Made by a program: the position numbers and the translations under genes
Notes under the pieces: model-generated
Databases searched by the model: none
Told to the model about the DNA's origin: nothing
What the model saw: only the letters and a program-made list of their open reading frames with translations
Shown: positions 48,582 through 57,384 of the stretch, piece after piece
Layout: every line of letters begins with the position of its first letter
Numbering within the stretch: position 1 is the stretch's first letter
Virus record (IMG/VR): IMGVR_UViG_3300033153_013547
Coordinates: 186,001 to 250,000 of that record
Length of the DNA stretch: 64,000 bases
Strand: one strand, 5' to 3'

Positions 48582-49595
48582 CTAAAACCCCAACAGTTCC
48601 TTGACTTCCTTCAGACTAAATTCATCAGGATCCATACCATATGGGGTGTCAATAATAGTGGTTACACCCCTATATCCTACACTATTCATCATAGTCAAAA
48701 ACCTTGTTGCCATATCATCTCCGCCTTCATCTCCATCTCTAAAGCACAAGATATGATCAAATGAAGATAAGAGCTGAGCTTGTATAAAACTTATTGACTT
48801 ACCCATGGAAGCTACTGCCTGAATTCCATATTCAAACATTTTCATAACCTTGAACTCACCTTCCACAAGCACAATATATGATGAATCATCTATGTTGCTG
48901 TAATTGAATAATATTCTTGACTTACTGACACCAGAGGGAACTGTCACATATTTACTGTGTGCTTTACCTGATATATCTCTCAACTTAAACATAACAGGAT
49001 CACCCACACAATTAAATACAGGAATAACAACCCTATCACGAAAGATGCCATAAGGCTTGCCCATAGCTATCTGAAAAAACTTGAGAGTATATGGATTGAA
49101 ATCTCTATATGTATTGATAGACATACAATGCTCTCTATATGCCACTCTTAGATCATGCACTATCTGAGGATTTGCTGTAAATTCTTCTCCATCTCCAAAA
49201 CCAACTAAAGGATGTTGTTGAGAATGATATTTATTAGGAATCTTTCTACCCAAAAGTCCTTCAAGTTTTTTCTTTGCAGCAGCAATGTCACAATGTTCTA
49301 CAAGTGATATGAGCTGGGCAATACTACCCCCTGCTTGACATTTTGTGTGACATATGTACACAAGCTTCTGGTAATTTACATTGAGAGCTTGTGGATTGGT
49401 TCCTCCATGGATTGGGCAAGAGGAGTAAATTTCATGCCTTGCTGGATTGACTCTTACATTTATAGCTCCATATCCACTGAGTAACTCTACAATAACATCA
49501 CAGCTTGATCTACTCTCATTACTGGATGTTTTGTTGCTCATATTTTGCTCATCACTACATCTCAAAACAGGATGTGGCTTGTTTCCCTGACTCAA
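48582..49595 (-). CDS. dnaG: DNA primase (CHC2 zinc finger plus Toprim)
   Basis: CPIH...CHTKC, RVVIPV, SKY, LVEGE, DGDEGG, DPDE. Confidence 0.9.
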   Translation of the reverse strand: MSQGNKPHPVLRCSDEQNMSNKTSSNESRSSCDVIVELLSGYGAINVRVNPARHEIYSSCPIHGGTNPQALNVNYQKLVYICHTKCQAGGSIAQLISLVEHCDIAAAKKKLEGLLGRKIPNKYHSQQHPLVGFGDGEEFTANPQIVHDLRVAYREHCMSINTYRDFNPYTLKFFQIAMGKPYGIFRDRVVIPVFNCVGDPVMFKLRDISGKAHSKYVTVPSGVSKSRILFNYSNIDDSSYIVLVEGEFKVMKMFEYGIQAVASMGKSISFIQAQLLSSFDHILCFRDGDEGGDDMATRFLTMMNSVGYRGVTTIIDTPYGMDPDEFSLKEVKELLGF

Positions 49596-50562
49596 TAGCA
49601 GAATAAATTGTTTTATATTTTTCTATACACTTATTATAGCCAAAATTGTTAATCACATGATCAAAGATTTTGCTATAATTCATAGCAGTTGTCATACATT
49701 TCTTATACGACAATCCTGCTTGCTCAATCAATGATAGAATATTAGCATCAGGATTCTTCCGATTCTTACGCATGATAGCATCAGCTATGTACATAGAAGA
49801 TATTTCTGTTACAGCATCACCCAATGTACGCATTTCACTGGTACTTATATTGGGTGGATTGAAGTCACTATTGTACAGTAACTCCCAACTATTAGGAATT
49901 ACTGGTGCAACTTTACCAGTACTATAGTTGGGTATCAAAACAGGCACCTTAGAAGCCAAACATGCTAAAACTTTGATACCTGATGTTATAACACAAGCAC
50001 TTTTCTTTGCTACAAGATTGATTAGTGGCACAATAGGTGCTATCTTTAGTATTTCTGGAGGCATCTTCTCTTTGATCACAAGTTGATTCATCTCATCAAC
50101 TCTATCAAAAGGTACCATCAATATCATTGACATATTCATGCTCAGAAAAAATCTGACTGTTGATAGAGCAAGCCTACAGGCAGCAAGAGGGTTTTGGTGT
50201 TCTATCATTACTACCGTGCCACAATAGGACCTTTTTTCTGTTATAACACAAGGAGGAGCTCTAGGTATTCCATACTTTCTGGATAAAACCAGTGAGTGAC
50301 ATATTGTATTTTCAGGATGTAAATTCAGTGCTTGCTTGCATTCTTTGTCTGAATACACACTCCAAAGTACTTTATGATCCTTGAGAATATCTTTATCAAA
50401 AAGATATCCATGATAGTGCAAAACACCTGATCCATGCTCTGAAAAATTGTCTAAATGAACCAATTCTGACATATTGCCATTAGTCAATTGCAGAGCATGG
50501 AATACTGAATCCTCAGTTGAATAGACATCCTGTTTATTCAATACTTGTAAAACTTTACTCAT
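49555..50562 (-). CDS. divergent GT-B glycosyltransferase-like protein
   Basis: SACVITSGIKVLACLASKVPVLI resembles the GT-B C-terminal motif, with the usual Glu missing. Confidence 0.4.
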   Translation of the reverse strand: MSKVLQVLNKQDVYSTEDSVFHALQLTNGNMSELVHLDNFSEHGSGVLHYHGYLFDKDILKDHKVLWSVYSDKECKQALNLHPENTICHSLVLSRKYGIPRAPPCVITEKRSYCGTVVMIEHQNPLAACRLALSTVRFFLSMNMSMILMVPFDRVDEMNQLVIKEKMPPEILKIAPIVPLINLVAKKSACVITSGIKVLACLASKVPVLIPNYSTGKVAPVIPNSWELLYNSDFNPPNISTSEMRTLGDAVTEISSMYIADAIMRKNRKNPDANILSLIEQAGLSYKKCMTTAMNYSKIFDHVINNFGYNKCIEKYKTIYSAIESGKQATSCFEM

Positions 50563-51007
50563 CGACCTGCAAGCCTAAGTCCTTATCAAGTTGTGCCATT
50601 GATCTCTTATATGCTGCTTCTGTATATGAAGATGACCACCCATAGCGTGCTCCAAATCTCATCAGAAAACTGGCAGCTCTTTTCATGGCAGTAATCCTCT
50701 GAGTTGGTGCCATAGTTACATCAACCTGCATGGCATCAATGATTACCATAGCCACATGCAATGGATCATCTTTGCCAAAGATCTCTTCGTCCCTTTCTCT
50801 TATACGTTGTTCTATTTCTGCTAACTGCTTGTAAGTGATCTGATCACCTGGCTTGATGTGTGGCTTGATATGTGGAGGAATAAGTTCCTCTGGAACCATA
50901 TCATTTTCACTAGGCTTGGCATCTACTTCCTCAGCAGGCTGTTCCCTTTTGTCCTCTACCACAACTTCTTCAATTACTGCCTCTTCAATCAATTTTTCAT
51001 CACTCAT
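50555..51007 (-). CDS. hypothetical protein
   Basis: GGAGG RBS. Confidence 0.6.
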   Translation of the reverse strand: MSDEKLIEEAVIEEVVVEDKREQPAEEVDAKPSENDMVPEELIPPHIKPHIKPGDQITYKQLAEIEQRIRERDEEIFGKDDPLHVAMVIIDAMQVDVTMAPTQRITAMKRAASFLMRFGARYGWSSSYTEAAYKRSMAQLDKDLGLQVDE

Positions 51008-51048
51008 ACGTTCAAATACCTCCGTCTATTTATCAAACAATATCATAG

Positions 51049-51300
51049 TTAATGTTGCAATGTAGCAATAACACTCACTATATGATCGAATTTTACATAA
51101 TAATATCGATCAATAACCGTAGGTTTGGTGACATCAAACATCGATCCACAGATATCTCTTCTGTCTTTCATTTGATGAACCAATTCTTCTACTTCATGAG
51201 AAGATATGTTCTCTAAATCTATTACATGTAACTCCCCATGAATTTCCACTTTTATTTCAACATCATAGAAATCATCATCTCTAAAATTCAGTTCTTTCAT
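51049..51300 (-). CDS. hypothetical protein
   Basis: ATGA coupling to the DnaE-C stop. Confidence 0.6.
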   Translation of the reverse strand: MKELNFRDDDFYDVEIKVEIHGELHVIDLENISSHEVEELVHQMKDRRDICGSMFDVTKPTVIDRYYYVKFDHIVSVIATLQH

Positions 51301-52391
51301 GATGGTTCTTTTACCTCCAACTGTTCCAACTCAAACACTTTCTTAATTACTATTGTGCCTCTATTACTTACCTTTCCCTCAATACACACAGGATTATTAT
51401 TAACCAGTAATCCCAGTGAGGCAATATCTTTCTCATCATCTTCATCATAAAAATATATGCATGGTAGATGAGTTATCCCGTCAGAAATTTCAAACACAAG
51501 GTAAGGGGTTCCTTTTCTGCTAATAAATGATCTTCTTGAAGAAACAAGACCAACATACTGCCCCTGAACCTTGCCTATTTGTCTTGATTCCGTAGGATTA
51601 TGAGCTCCTGCAGGTATATTATAAGCATCTAAAATGCCACCAGAAATATACACTCCCAAGATCTCAAACTCCATGGAACTTAATTCAGCCTTACTAAACT
51701 CCCCTATGATTACAAGTTCATCTATATCTAGATCAAGAGGTAATGGCTCACGTGATTCTGCCTTTTTATTCTTTAGCCTTGCTTTATTCTTAGCATTCCA
51801 TTCATGTATTTTTCTATAAGCATATAAGAGAGCTTTACGTGTCAGCACAACATCACTATTATCTAACAGAGGTATACCATCAAACGCACCTATTTTGATT
51901 AGATTAATCATTCCATCTTTACGTGCTGTGCCCCTAACTACAATATCCTGCACAGATTTATATGGTCCATTGTCTTCTCTGTTTTTTACAATGACACTGG
52001 CTGAATTTAGCCCCACCTTCCTTACAGAAGTCAGCCCAAACATAATATGTCTAACTTTGTCATCGTCTTCATATGGTGTAAACATAGTACCAGAAATGTT
52101 GATCCTTGGTGGTGAGAGCTTTATTTTCAATTGTTTACACTCCTTCATGAAATCCCTAAGAGTATTCTCAAGATCATCTCCACTTTTAGACTCAATAGCA
52201 TCAATCATAGATGCAGCAATAAAAATATGTGGCCAGTATGTTTTTACATAGGCAGTATGATAGGTCAAGATAGCATAAGATACTGAATGACTGTTCTGAC
52301 TAACCAAAAATTGTTTAGCCCTTTCATCTGTTACTAGATAATTGTGAGGAGGACCATCAAGTGAAAGACTTATAAAGGCTTTTTTATTCAT
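51297..52391 (-). CDS. dnaE: DNA polymerase III alpha, C-terminal piece with N-terminal split intein half (IntC)
   Basis: IntC ...PHNYLV...FLVSQN followed by extein SHSVSYAILTYHTAYVKTYWP; PPRINIS; HhH FGLTSVRKVG; LIKIGAFD; EFEILGVYISG; OB fold. Alternative TTG start at 52418. Confidence 0.92.
   Translation of the reverse strand: MNKKAFISLSLDGPPHNYLVTDERAKQFLVSQNSHSVSYAILTYHTAYVKTYWPHIFIAASMIDAIESKSGDDLENTLRDFMKECKQLKIKLSPPRINISGTMFTPYEDDDKVRHIMFGLTSVRKVGLNSASVIVKNREDNGPYKSVQDIVVRGTARKDGMINLIKIGAFDGIPLLDNSDVVLTRKALLYAYRKIHEWNAKNKARLKNKKAESREPLPLDLDIDELVIIGEFSKAELSSMEFEILGVYISGGILDAYNIPAGAHNPTESRQIGKVQGQYVGLVSSRRSFISRKGTPYLVFEISDGITHLPCIYFYDEDDEKDIASLGLLVNNNPVCIEGKVSNRGTIVIKKVFELEQLEVKEPS
52293..52391 (-). 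mobile_element. split intein C-half (IntC, ~33 aa)
   Basis: Block F-like FISLSLDGPPHNYLV and block G LVSQN/S. Confidence 0.85.
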
Positions 52392-52875
52392 ACCTTGTTC
52401 CCATCCATCTACAGACAATTAATCCAGAATTGATCTTTTCATAATTCACACAAATATCCAAAAACTGATCAACAGTAGCAATAGCACTATCAGTTCCTGC
52501 TGTTTTTAGTGCTCTTGCAAATATTTGCCTATTTTTATCCTGATCTATTACACCACGAATATTCTCCATTACATTCCACTTTTGAGCCATTTGTCTAATA
52601 CAAGTCCAGTGAGTCATCAATATAGGATCCTTGTTGATATTACGTCCATATCCACGAATTGTGGGTAGTTCAGAGGCACCAGCCTGCTTAAATACTTTTG
52701 ACATACTACGTATTATGCTTGATCCCTTACAATAAAAATAATCAGTTCCTGGTAACTCATCACGTTTAACTACAATAGCTGTTGTTGATCTCATCCTTGT
52801 ATCTTTAGGTAATTTGATCAAATAGTAATTATTACCACATATACTAACTTTGCCAATTATATTGTTATCCATCAA
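52384..52875 (-). CDS. hypothetical protein between the two split-intein halves
   Basis: AAAGGA RBS; overlaps the IntN stop and the IntC start; no recognisable endonuclease motif. Confidence 0.7.
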   Translation of the reverse strand: MMDNNIIGKVSICGNNYYLIKLPKDTRMRSTTAIVVKRDELPGTDYFYCKGSSIIRSMSKVFKQAGASELPTIRGYGRNINKDPILMTHWTCIRQMAQKWNVMENIRGVIDQDKNRQIFARALKTAGTDSAIATVDQFLDICVNYEKINSGLIVCRWMGTRYE

Positions 52876-54541
52876 TTAATAGTCCTTTATTATCTATTAC
52901 AACTAGACAATTACACTCATTTGGCATTTTATACCCATCTTCATTGAGGAAGTAATGATCTCTTGTGCATTCTATTTCAACATTTTCATTGCCTACTTTA
53001 ACTATTGGTTCATCAAAAGCAAAAGTTACTGCTCTCACAGTATTAGTTATTATTCCACCATTGCCCACATAAGAATAAATAGTATCTCCAAAGTTCAACT
53101 GATCTATTCTTACAAGACCACTTGGTGTCAAAACCAAAGTATCTTCACTCAGACACTTATTGAAACCATAATTTCCAAAACCTTCTATCTGTTCCCATAG
53201 TTTGGTAGCTTCTTCTAACGTCCAGCCTGAATGACGGACACAACCATCAATAAATTTTGGCTTAGCCTGAGCAAGCTTAGAGGACAACTTTTTACCAACA
53301 ATTCTTCTTAGGTTATCCCCCTCATTAGGACTAAACCCAGCAATTTTCTGAGCTATTTCTATAATACTTTCTTGGTATATGATAAGACTAGAAGTTTTTT
53401 CCAATATAGGTTTCAGATCATCATGCAAATATTCTGGCTTTGTCCTTCCATGCCTAAGAGAAAGGTATTTTTCTTCAAATCCTGCTGACATAGGTCCAGG
53501 TCTGTGTAGAGCTATAACATCTGAAATATCTTCTATGCTAGTAGGCATACATTTCTGCATAGTTTTCCTGATCCCCACAGATTTCATTTGAAATAACCCA
53601 GCATACAAGCCTTTTTGCATAAATTCAAAAACCTTAGGATCATTCATGGGAATATCATCAATAGTCATACTATTTTCAATGTATCCCATGCTATGAGCCA
53701 TATTCAAAGTGTTTTGTATAACTGACAATGTGCCAAGACCTAAAAAATCTATTTTACATAAGCCTGCTAACCCTGCAGACTTCATATCTAGTTGCACAAC
53801 ATTGTTACCACTAGCATCTACATACATAGGCACAATTGACTGCAATGGCTCATTAGATATTATGATCCCAGCAGCATGCAATCCAGTCTGTCTATAATTT
53901 TGCCTGAGGGAATTAAATATAGCAATAAATTCATCTATGTCCTCAAGACAATTTTCACCCAAAGTCTGCTTGCTTACCTCAACAATTTTAGCAACATACT
54001 GCCTTAGTTCTTCATGAATAAATATTTCATCAGTCCCTATCCAGTCTCCAGTGCTCATATCTACATTAGTAGCAGGCAAATACATTTTAGATATCAAGCC
54101 AACAGATGCTTCTTCACTGCTTCCACATATACATCTAACTATGTCTCTAAAAGCAGACTTAGGTTTGTATTCTGCATAAGTGCCTATGCTGGCAAAATAT
54201 TTGTTACCATATTTACTTCTGACAGCATCTTTCACTCTGTCTCTACCATACTTGTCAAAATCTATGTCAAAATCTGGTTGCTCTCTTTTGACAACAAGAC
54301 CAAACTCTCCATCAGGTTTTTTGCTTGTGATCCCAAGAGCATATGCTAACAATGAATTAGTCTTGTTCTTGTTGCCTGCTCCACAATCACAAGCCTTATT
54401 GATCATATAAATCATATGATCATCAACATGATAGAATTCATATAAATCAAGTTCGTTAGAGATCCTGTCCATCTCTTCTTTACTAAACTTTTTCTCCCAT
54501 CGTTCAGTCTGCTGGTGACAAAAATCCCTTAGTTGGCTCAT
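52865..54541 (-). CDS. dnaE: DNA polymerase III alpha, catalytic middle piece with C-terminal split intein half (IntN)
   Basis: PDFDIDF, GLHAAGIII, KIDFLGL, GLFQM, LHRPGPM, IYQE, LRRIVGKK, YGFNK then CLSEDT intein. Confidence 0.93.
   Translation of the reverse strand: MSQLRDFCHQQTERWEKKFSKEEMDRISNELDLYEFYHVDDHMIYMINKACDCGAGNKNKTNSLLAYALGITSKKPDGEFGLVVKREQPDFDIDFDKYGRDRVKDAVRSKYGNKYFASIGTYAEYKPKSAFRDIVRCICGSSEEASVGLISKMYLPATNVDMSTGDWIGTDEIFIHEELRQYVAKIVEVSKQTLGENCLEDIDEFIAIFNSLRQNYRQTGLHAAGIIISNEPLQSIVPMYVDASGNNVVQLDMKSAGLAGLCKIDFLGLGTLSVIQNTLNMAHSMGYIENSMTIDDIPMNDPKVFEFMQKGLYAGLFQMKSVGIRKTMQKCMPTSIEDISDVIALHRPGPMSAGFEEKYLSLRHGRTKPEYLHDDLKPILEKTSSLIIYQESIIEIAQKIAGFSPNEGDNLRRIVGKKLSSKLAQAKPKFIDGCVRHSGWTLEEATKLWEQIEGFGNYGFNKCLSEDTLVLTPSGLVRIDQLNFGDTIYSYVGNGGIITNTVRAVTFAFDEPIVKVGNENVEIECTRDHYFLNEDGYKMPNECNCLVVIDNKGLLIDG
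52868..53155 (-). mobile_element. split intein N-half (IntN, 96 aa)
   Basis: Block A CLSEDTLVLTPSG and block B IECTRDHYF; the ORF stops with no C-terminal blocks. Confidence 0.9.
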
Positions 54542-54599
54542 ATCCTCTCCACTATATTTCTTTTGTCTCAGTAGCTTCTTTGTCTAATGGTTCTCTCAT

Positions 54600-54917
54600 T
54601 CAGTCTGCTTCTTTGTCAAACAACTGGGGCATCATGGATTCTAACATATCTGTTACATCATCTAACCTTTCCTTTAGTATATCAATCTTTTCTTCCAGTG
54701 CTTCAAGCTTCTGACTCATGTCTTCTGTATAGATCACATGGGTTGGAGCAGGAGGATAACCACCATCAGGATAAGGTAAGGGAGTACCAATAAATGAGTC
54801 AGGAATTAGTGGATCCTGCTTCCATGTATAATCAGTTGTTCCACTATCTGTGATTTCTATCCAATTGTGATCATTGGTGCGGTAAATTCCATGCATACTA
54901 TTATCATCACTAAACAT
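54600..54917 (-). CDS. hypothetical protein with coiled-coil C-terminus (paralogue of 55539-55910)
   Basis: KLEALEEKIDILKERLDDVTDMLESMMPQLFDKEAD. Confidence 0.65.
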   Translation of the reverse strand: MFSDDNSMHGIYRTNDHNWIEITDSGTTDYTWKQDPLIPDSFIGTPLPYPDGGYPPAPTHVIYTEDMSQKLEALEEKIDILKERLDDVTDMLESMMPQLFDKEAD

Positions 54918-54925
54918 TTACACTC

Positions 54926-55564
54926 TCACTTCCTTTGGTAATTGTGCGCCAATAATTGTATATCATCACTATGACGCAAACCTACTTTCTCTAACCTCTC
55001 TGCCTCGCGTTTTATTACATACAAACACAATGACGGCTTAGCAAGTAACATTCGCTTTGTTGCAGTAAAGGCATAATCATTACAATAACCATAATAACCA
55101 CCCTTACACAAATTATCTAATTTGTGGGCATAACGTTTGCCTGCAGAGGTAAGATCTAGTCTATAGGTGAATTTTTCATTCCACTCTAACATTTGAAAGG
55201 GAAATTCTGCCACATAATGACTTTCTATGTATGCCCTATATGGATCAAGTAAATAAGCATGTCGACCTGCATTTATTCTGGTAGTCTTGATCATCCCAAA
55301 TGCCACTAAATAATTTATTGCTTCAAATAGTTGCTTACTACATGCACCATACTTTGTCATAATAAAATCATTTTTCAGATTTATTTTATTATGCCTATGT
55401 CCTAGTATACCTATACCAGGATGCATGTAAAGACACAGATAAGTCATGTCATCAAGACCCAGCACAGGTTTACTATTGTTATAAAACAGTATTCTAACAA
55501 CATAATCACGTATACCAAGGTCTAGAGGTTGCCATGTATTACCATTCATGAGCACTATCCTCAT
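54926..55564 (-). CDS. winged-helix protein, YwgA/Panacea(SocA)-like
   Basis: YGACSKQLFEAINYLVAFGMI...LDLTSAGK pattern. Confidence 0.4.
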   Translation of the reverse strand: MRIVLMNGNTWQPLDLGIRDYVVRILFYNNSKPVLGLDDMTYLCLYMHPGIGILGHRHNKINLKNDFIMTKYGACSKQLFEAINYLVAFGMIKTTRINAGRHAYLLDPYRAYIESHYVAEFPFQMLEWNEKFTYRLDLTSAGKRYAHKLDNLCKGGYYGYCNDYAFTATKRMLLAKPSLCLYVIKREAERLEKVGLRHSDDIQLLAHNYQRK

Positions 55565-55910
55565 CTAACGATTTTCTCATCCAATCTGCTTCCTTATCAG
55601 ACAATTTTGGCATCGCAGATTCTAGCATATCTATTATGTCTTCTAACTTATCTTTTAGTATGCCAATATCTTCTTGCAATTTATCAATCTTTTCTGCCAT
55701 GGATAGAGGCATAGCATATGATAACATGTTGGACATCATTGCCTGTGTATCTATTGCAACATCATTGTTGGGATCATTAAGAACACGTAAATCATCAATA
55801 TGATAATCACCCTGCACTCTATTTACGTCTGCTACCAATCTTGCTCTTGCTGGCTCTGACAACGATGACCAATCAAAAGATTGCAGAATTTCACCATCGT
55901 AATATACCAC
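55539..55910 (-). CDS. hypothetical protein with coiled-coil C-terminus (paralogue of 54600-54917)
   Basis: KIDKLQEDIGILKDKLEDIIDMLESAMPKLSDKEADW. Confidence 0.65.
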   Translation of the reverse strand: MVYYDGEILQSFDWSSLSEPARARLVADVNRVQGDYHIDDLRVLNDPNNDVAIDTQAMMSNMLSYAMPLSMAEKIDKLQEDIGILKDKLEDIIDMLESAMPKLSDKEADWMRKSLDEDSAHEW

Positions 55911-57142
55911 TATTCTTCACCTATTCCAAAATCATCATAGCACACAGTAGATCTACCATAATTCAAAAACCTGCTAAACATCAGCCCATACTTTATTGGA
56001 TCAACACTAGTTATACCAAGTGAGTATGCTGCAATTGATCCTGCTCCAGAACCTCTGCCTGCACCCACACCAACATTCAGCGTCCTTGCAGTATCTACTA
56101 TATCAGACACTAAAAGAAAATAATCTACATAGCCCATCTTGTCAATAATGAACAATTCATGATCTAATCTATCAGTAATTTCTTTAGACAAATTCTGGCT
56201 ATAGAGTTGTCTGGCTCCATCATAGCATTTGTCTCTAAGAATTTTTGTCTTATATGCATATGAAAGTGTCTTGTCTCTGATCCTAAATTCAGGCATATAT
56301 GATTTGCCAAGAGCAAGTTTAAACTCTACCTTATCTACTATTTCCATTGTATTCTGACAAAGAGGGATTGCATCTATGCCCACACTATTATATCTTTCTA
56401 TAATTTCATCATATGAATGAAGATAATAAGAATGAGTGCCTGAGAATGGTTTAATACCTATTTTGTTAGATGAAGAAAACCTTACTGCCTGCAAGAAGCC
56501 ATGAGCCTTCCAGTCAGAAGCATTTAGATAATGGGCATCTGTGGCACAAATAGTTTTGATGCCCATCTCATTCAGAAATACTTCTGCCACAACCTTTTCT
56601 TCTGGAATATCATGTGCATGAACTTCAAGATAAAAATCTTCCTTGAAGGCTTCTACAAACCTATCAAGCAGGGTTTTATACACATCCATATGTCCTGATG
56701 TAATAAGCCTTTGCAGACTTCCAGATATACAACTTGCTGTTGCTATGAGACCTTCAGAATTCTGCAAAACGCTGTCCATGGGAAAAATCGTTCGGCTGAT
56801 ATTGTCTCTACCCACTCTCGTTTTAGAAGCACCCAAAAGCTTGAGAAGATTATGCCAGCCTGCTTCGGTCTTTGCTATCAGAACCAGATGTGACTTAGGA
56901 TATTCTATGCCAAAATCAGAGTTGATATACTTTACATAAGCTTCTATTGCTATAATAGGTTTAATACCATAATTCTCACATTCAATAGTTTGCTCAACAC
57001 AAGCACCCAATGAGCCATGATCACTTATGGAGACTGCTTTTTGTCCTAGTTCTATAGATCTTTTAATAATATCTTTGGGTCTTCCAAGGGCATCAAGAAC
57101 AGAATAAGAACTATGAATATGAAGATCACAGAATTCACTCAC
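55910..57142 (-). CDS. dnaE: DNA polymerase III alpha, N-terminal piece (PHP domain plus GS-motif segment)
   Basis: LHIHSSYSVLD, SDHG, HLVLIAK, SCISG, TDAHY, GRGSGAGS, DPIKYGLMFSRFLN; ends before the PDxDxDF motif. Confidence 0.93.
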   Translation of the reverse strand: MSEFCDLHIHSSYSVLDALGRPKDIIKRSIELGQKAVSISDHGSLGACVEQTIECENYGIKPIIAIEAYVKYINSDFGIEYPKSHLVLIAKTEAGWHNLLKLLGASKTRVGRDNISRTIFPMDSVLQNSEGLIATASCISGSLQRLITSGHMDVYKTLLDRFVEAFKEDFYLEVHAHDIPEEKVVAEVFLNEMGIKTICATDAHYLNASDWKAHGFLQAVRFSSSNKIGIKPFSGTHSYYLHSYDEIIERYNSVGIDAIPLCQNTMEIVDKVEFKLALGKSYMPEFRIRDKTLSYAYKTKILRDKCYDGARQLYSQNLSKEITDRLDHELFIIDKMGYVDYFLLVSDIVDTARTLNVGVGAGRGSGAGSIAAYSLGITSVDPIKYGLMFSRFLNYGRSTVCYDDFGIGEE

Positions 57143-57384
57143 TATCTATCTCCCTTCAGGCTTTTCTCATTTTTATGCAATTGCATTTGTATTTTCTTGA
57201 TACAATCTCGTAGAGAGTCTATAGAAAGCATGGCAAGTGCTATTTCATGTGTCTCCTCATCCAATATATGCTTATTTGATATAAATTCTAACACATTAGC
57301 CTCAAGCCATTCTAAATTAAGAAGACAGACATCTCCTTTATCTACTACAGACTGAGCACTTTCTGGTGCTTTTATTACATTCAT
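57142..57384 (-). CDS. hypothetical protein
   Basis: Coupled ORF with GGAG RBS. Confidence 0.55.
   Translation of the reverse strand: MNVIKAPESAQSVVDKGDVCLLNLEWLEANVLEFISNKHILDEETHEIALAMLSIDSLRDCIKKIQMQLHKNEKSLKGDR

Noticed and set aside
52384-53155. One contiguous intein broken by sequencing frameshifts
   Set aside because: It would need two independent frameshifts, and both junctions show ordinary RBS/start-stop coupling. Not formally excluded without reads.
54542-55909. Group I/II intron joining dnaE pieces 1 and 2
   Set aside because: The gap is filled with ordinary coupled ORFs, with no room for a ribozyme core, and piece 2 has its own GGAGAGG RBS and ATG.
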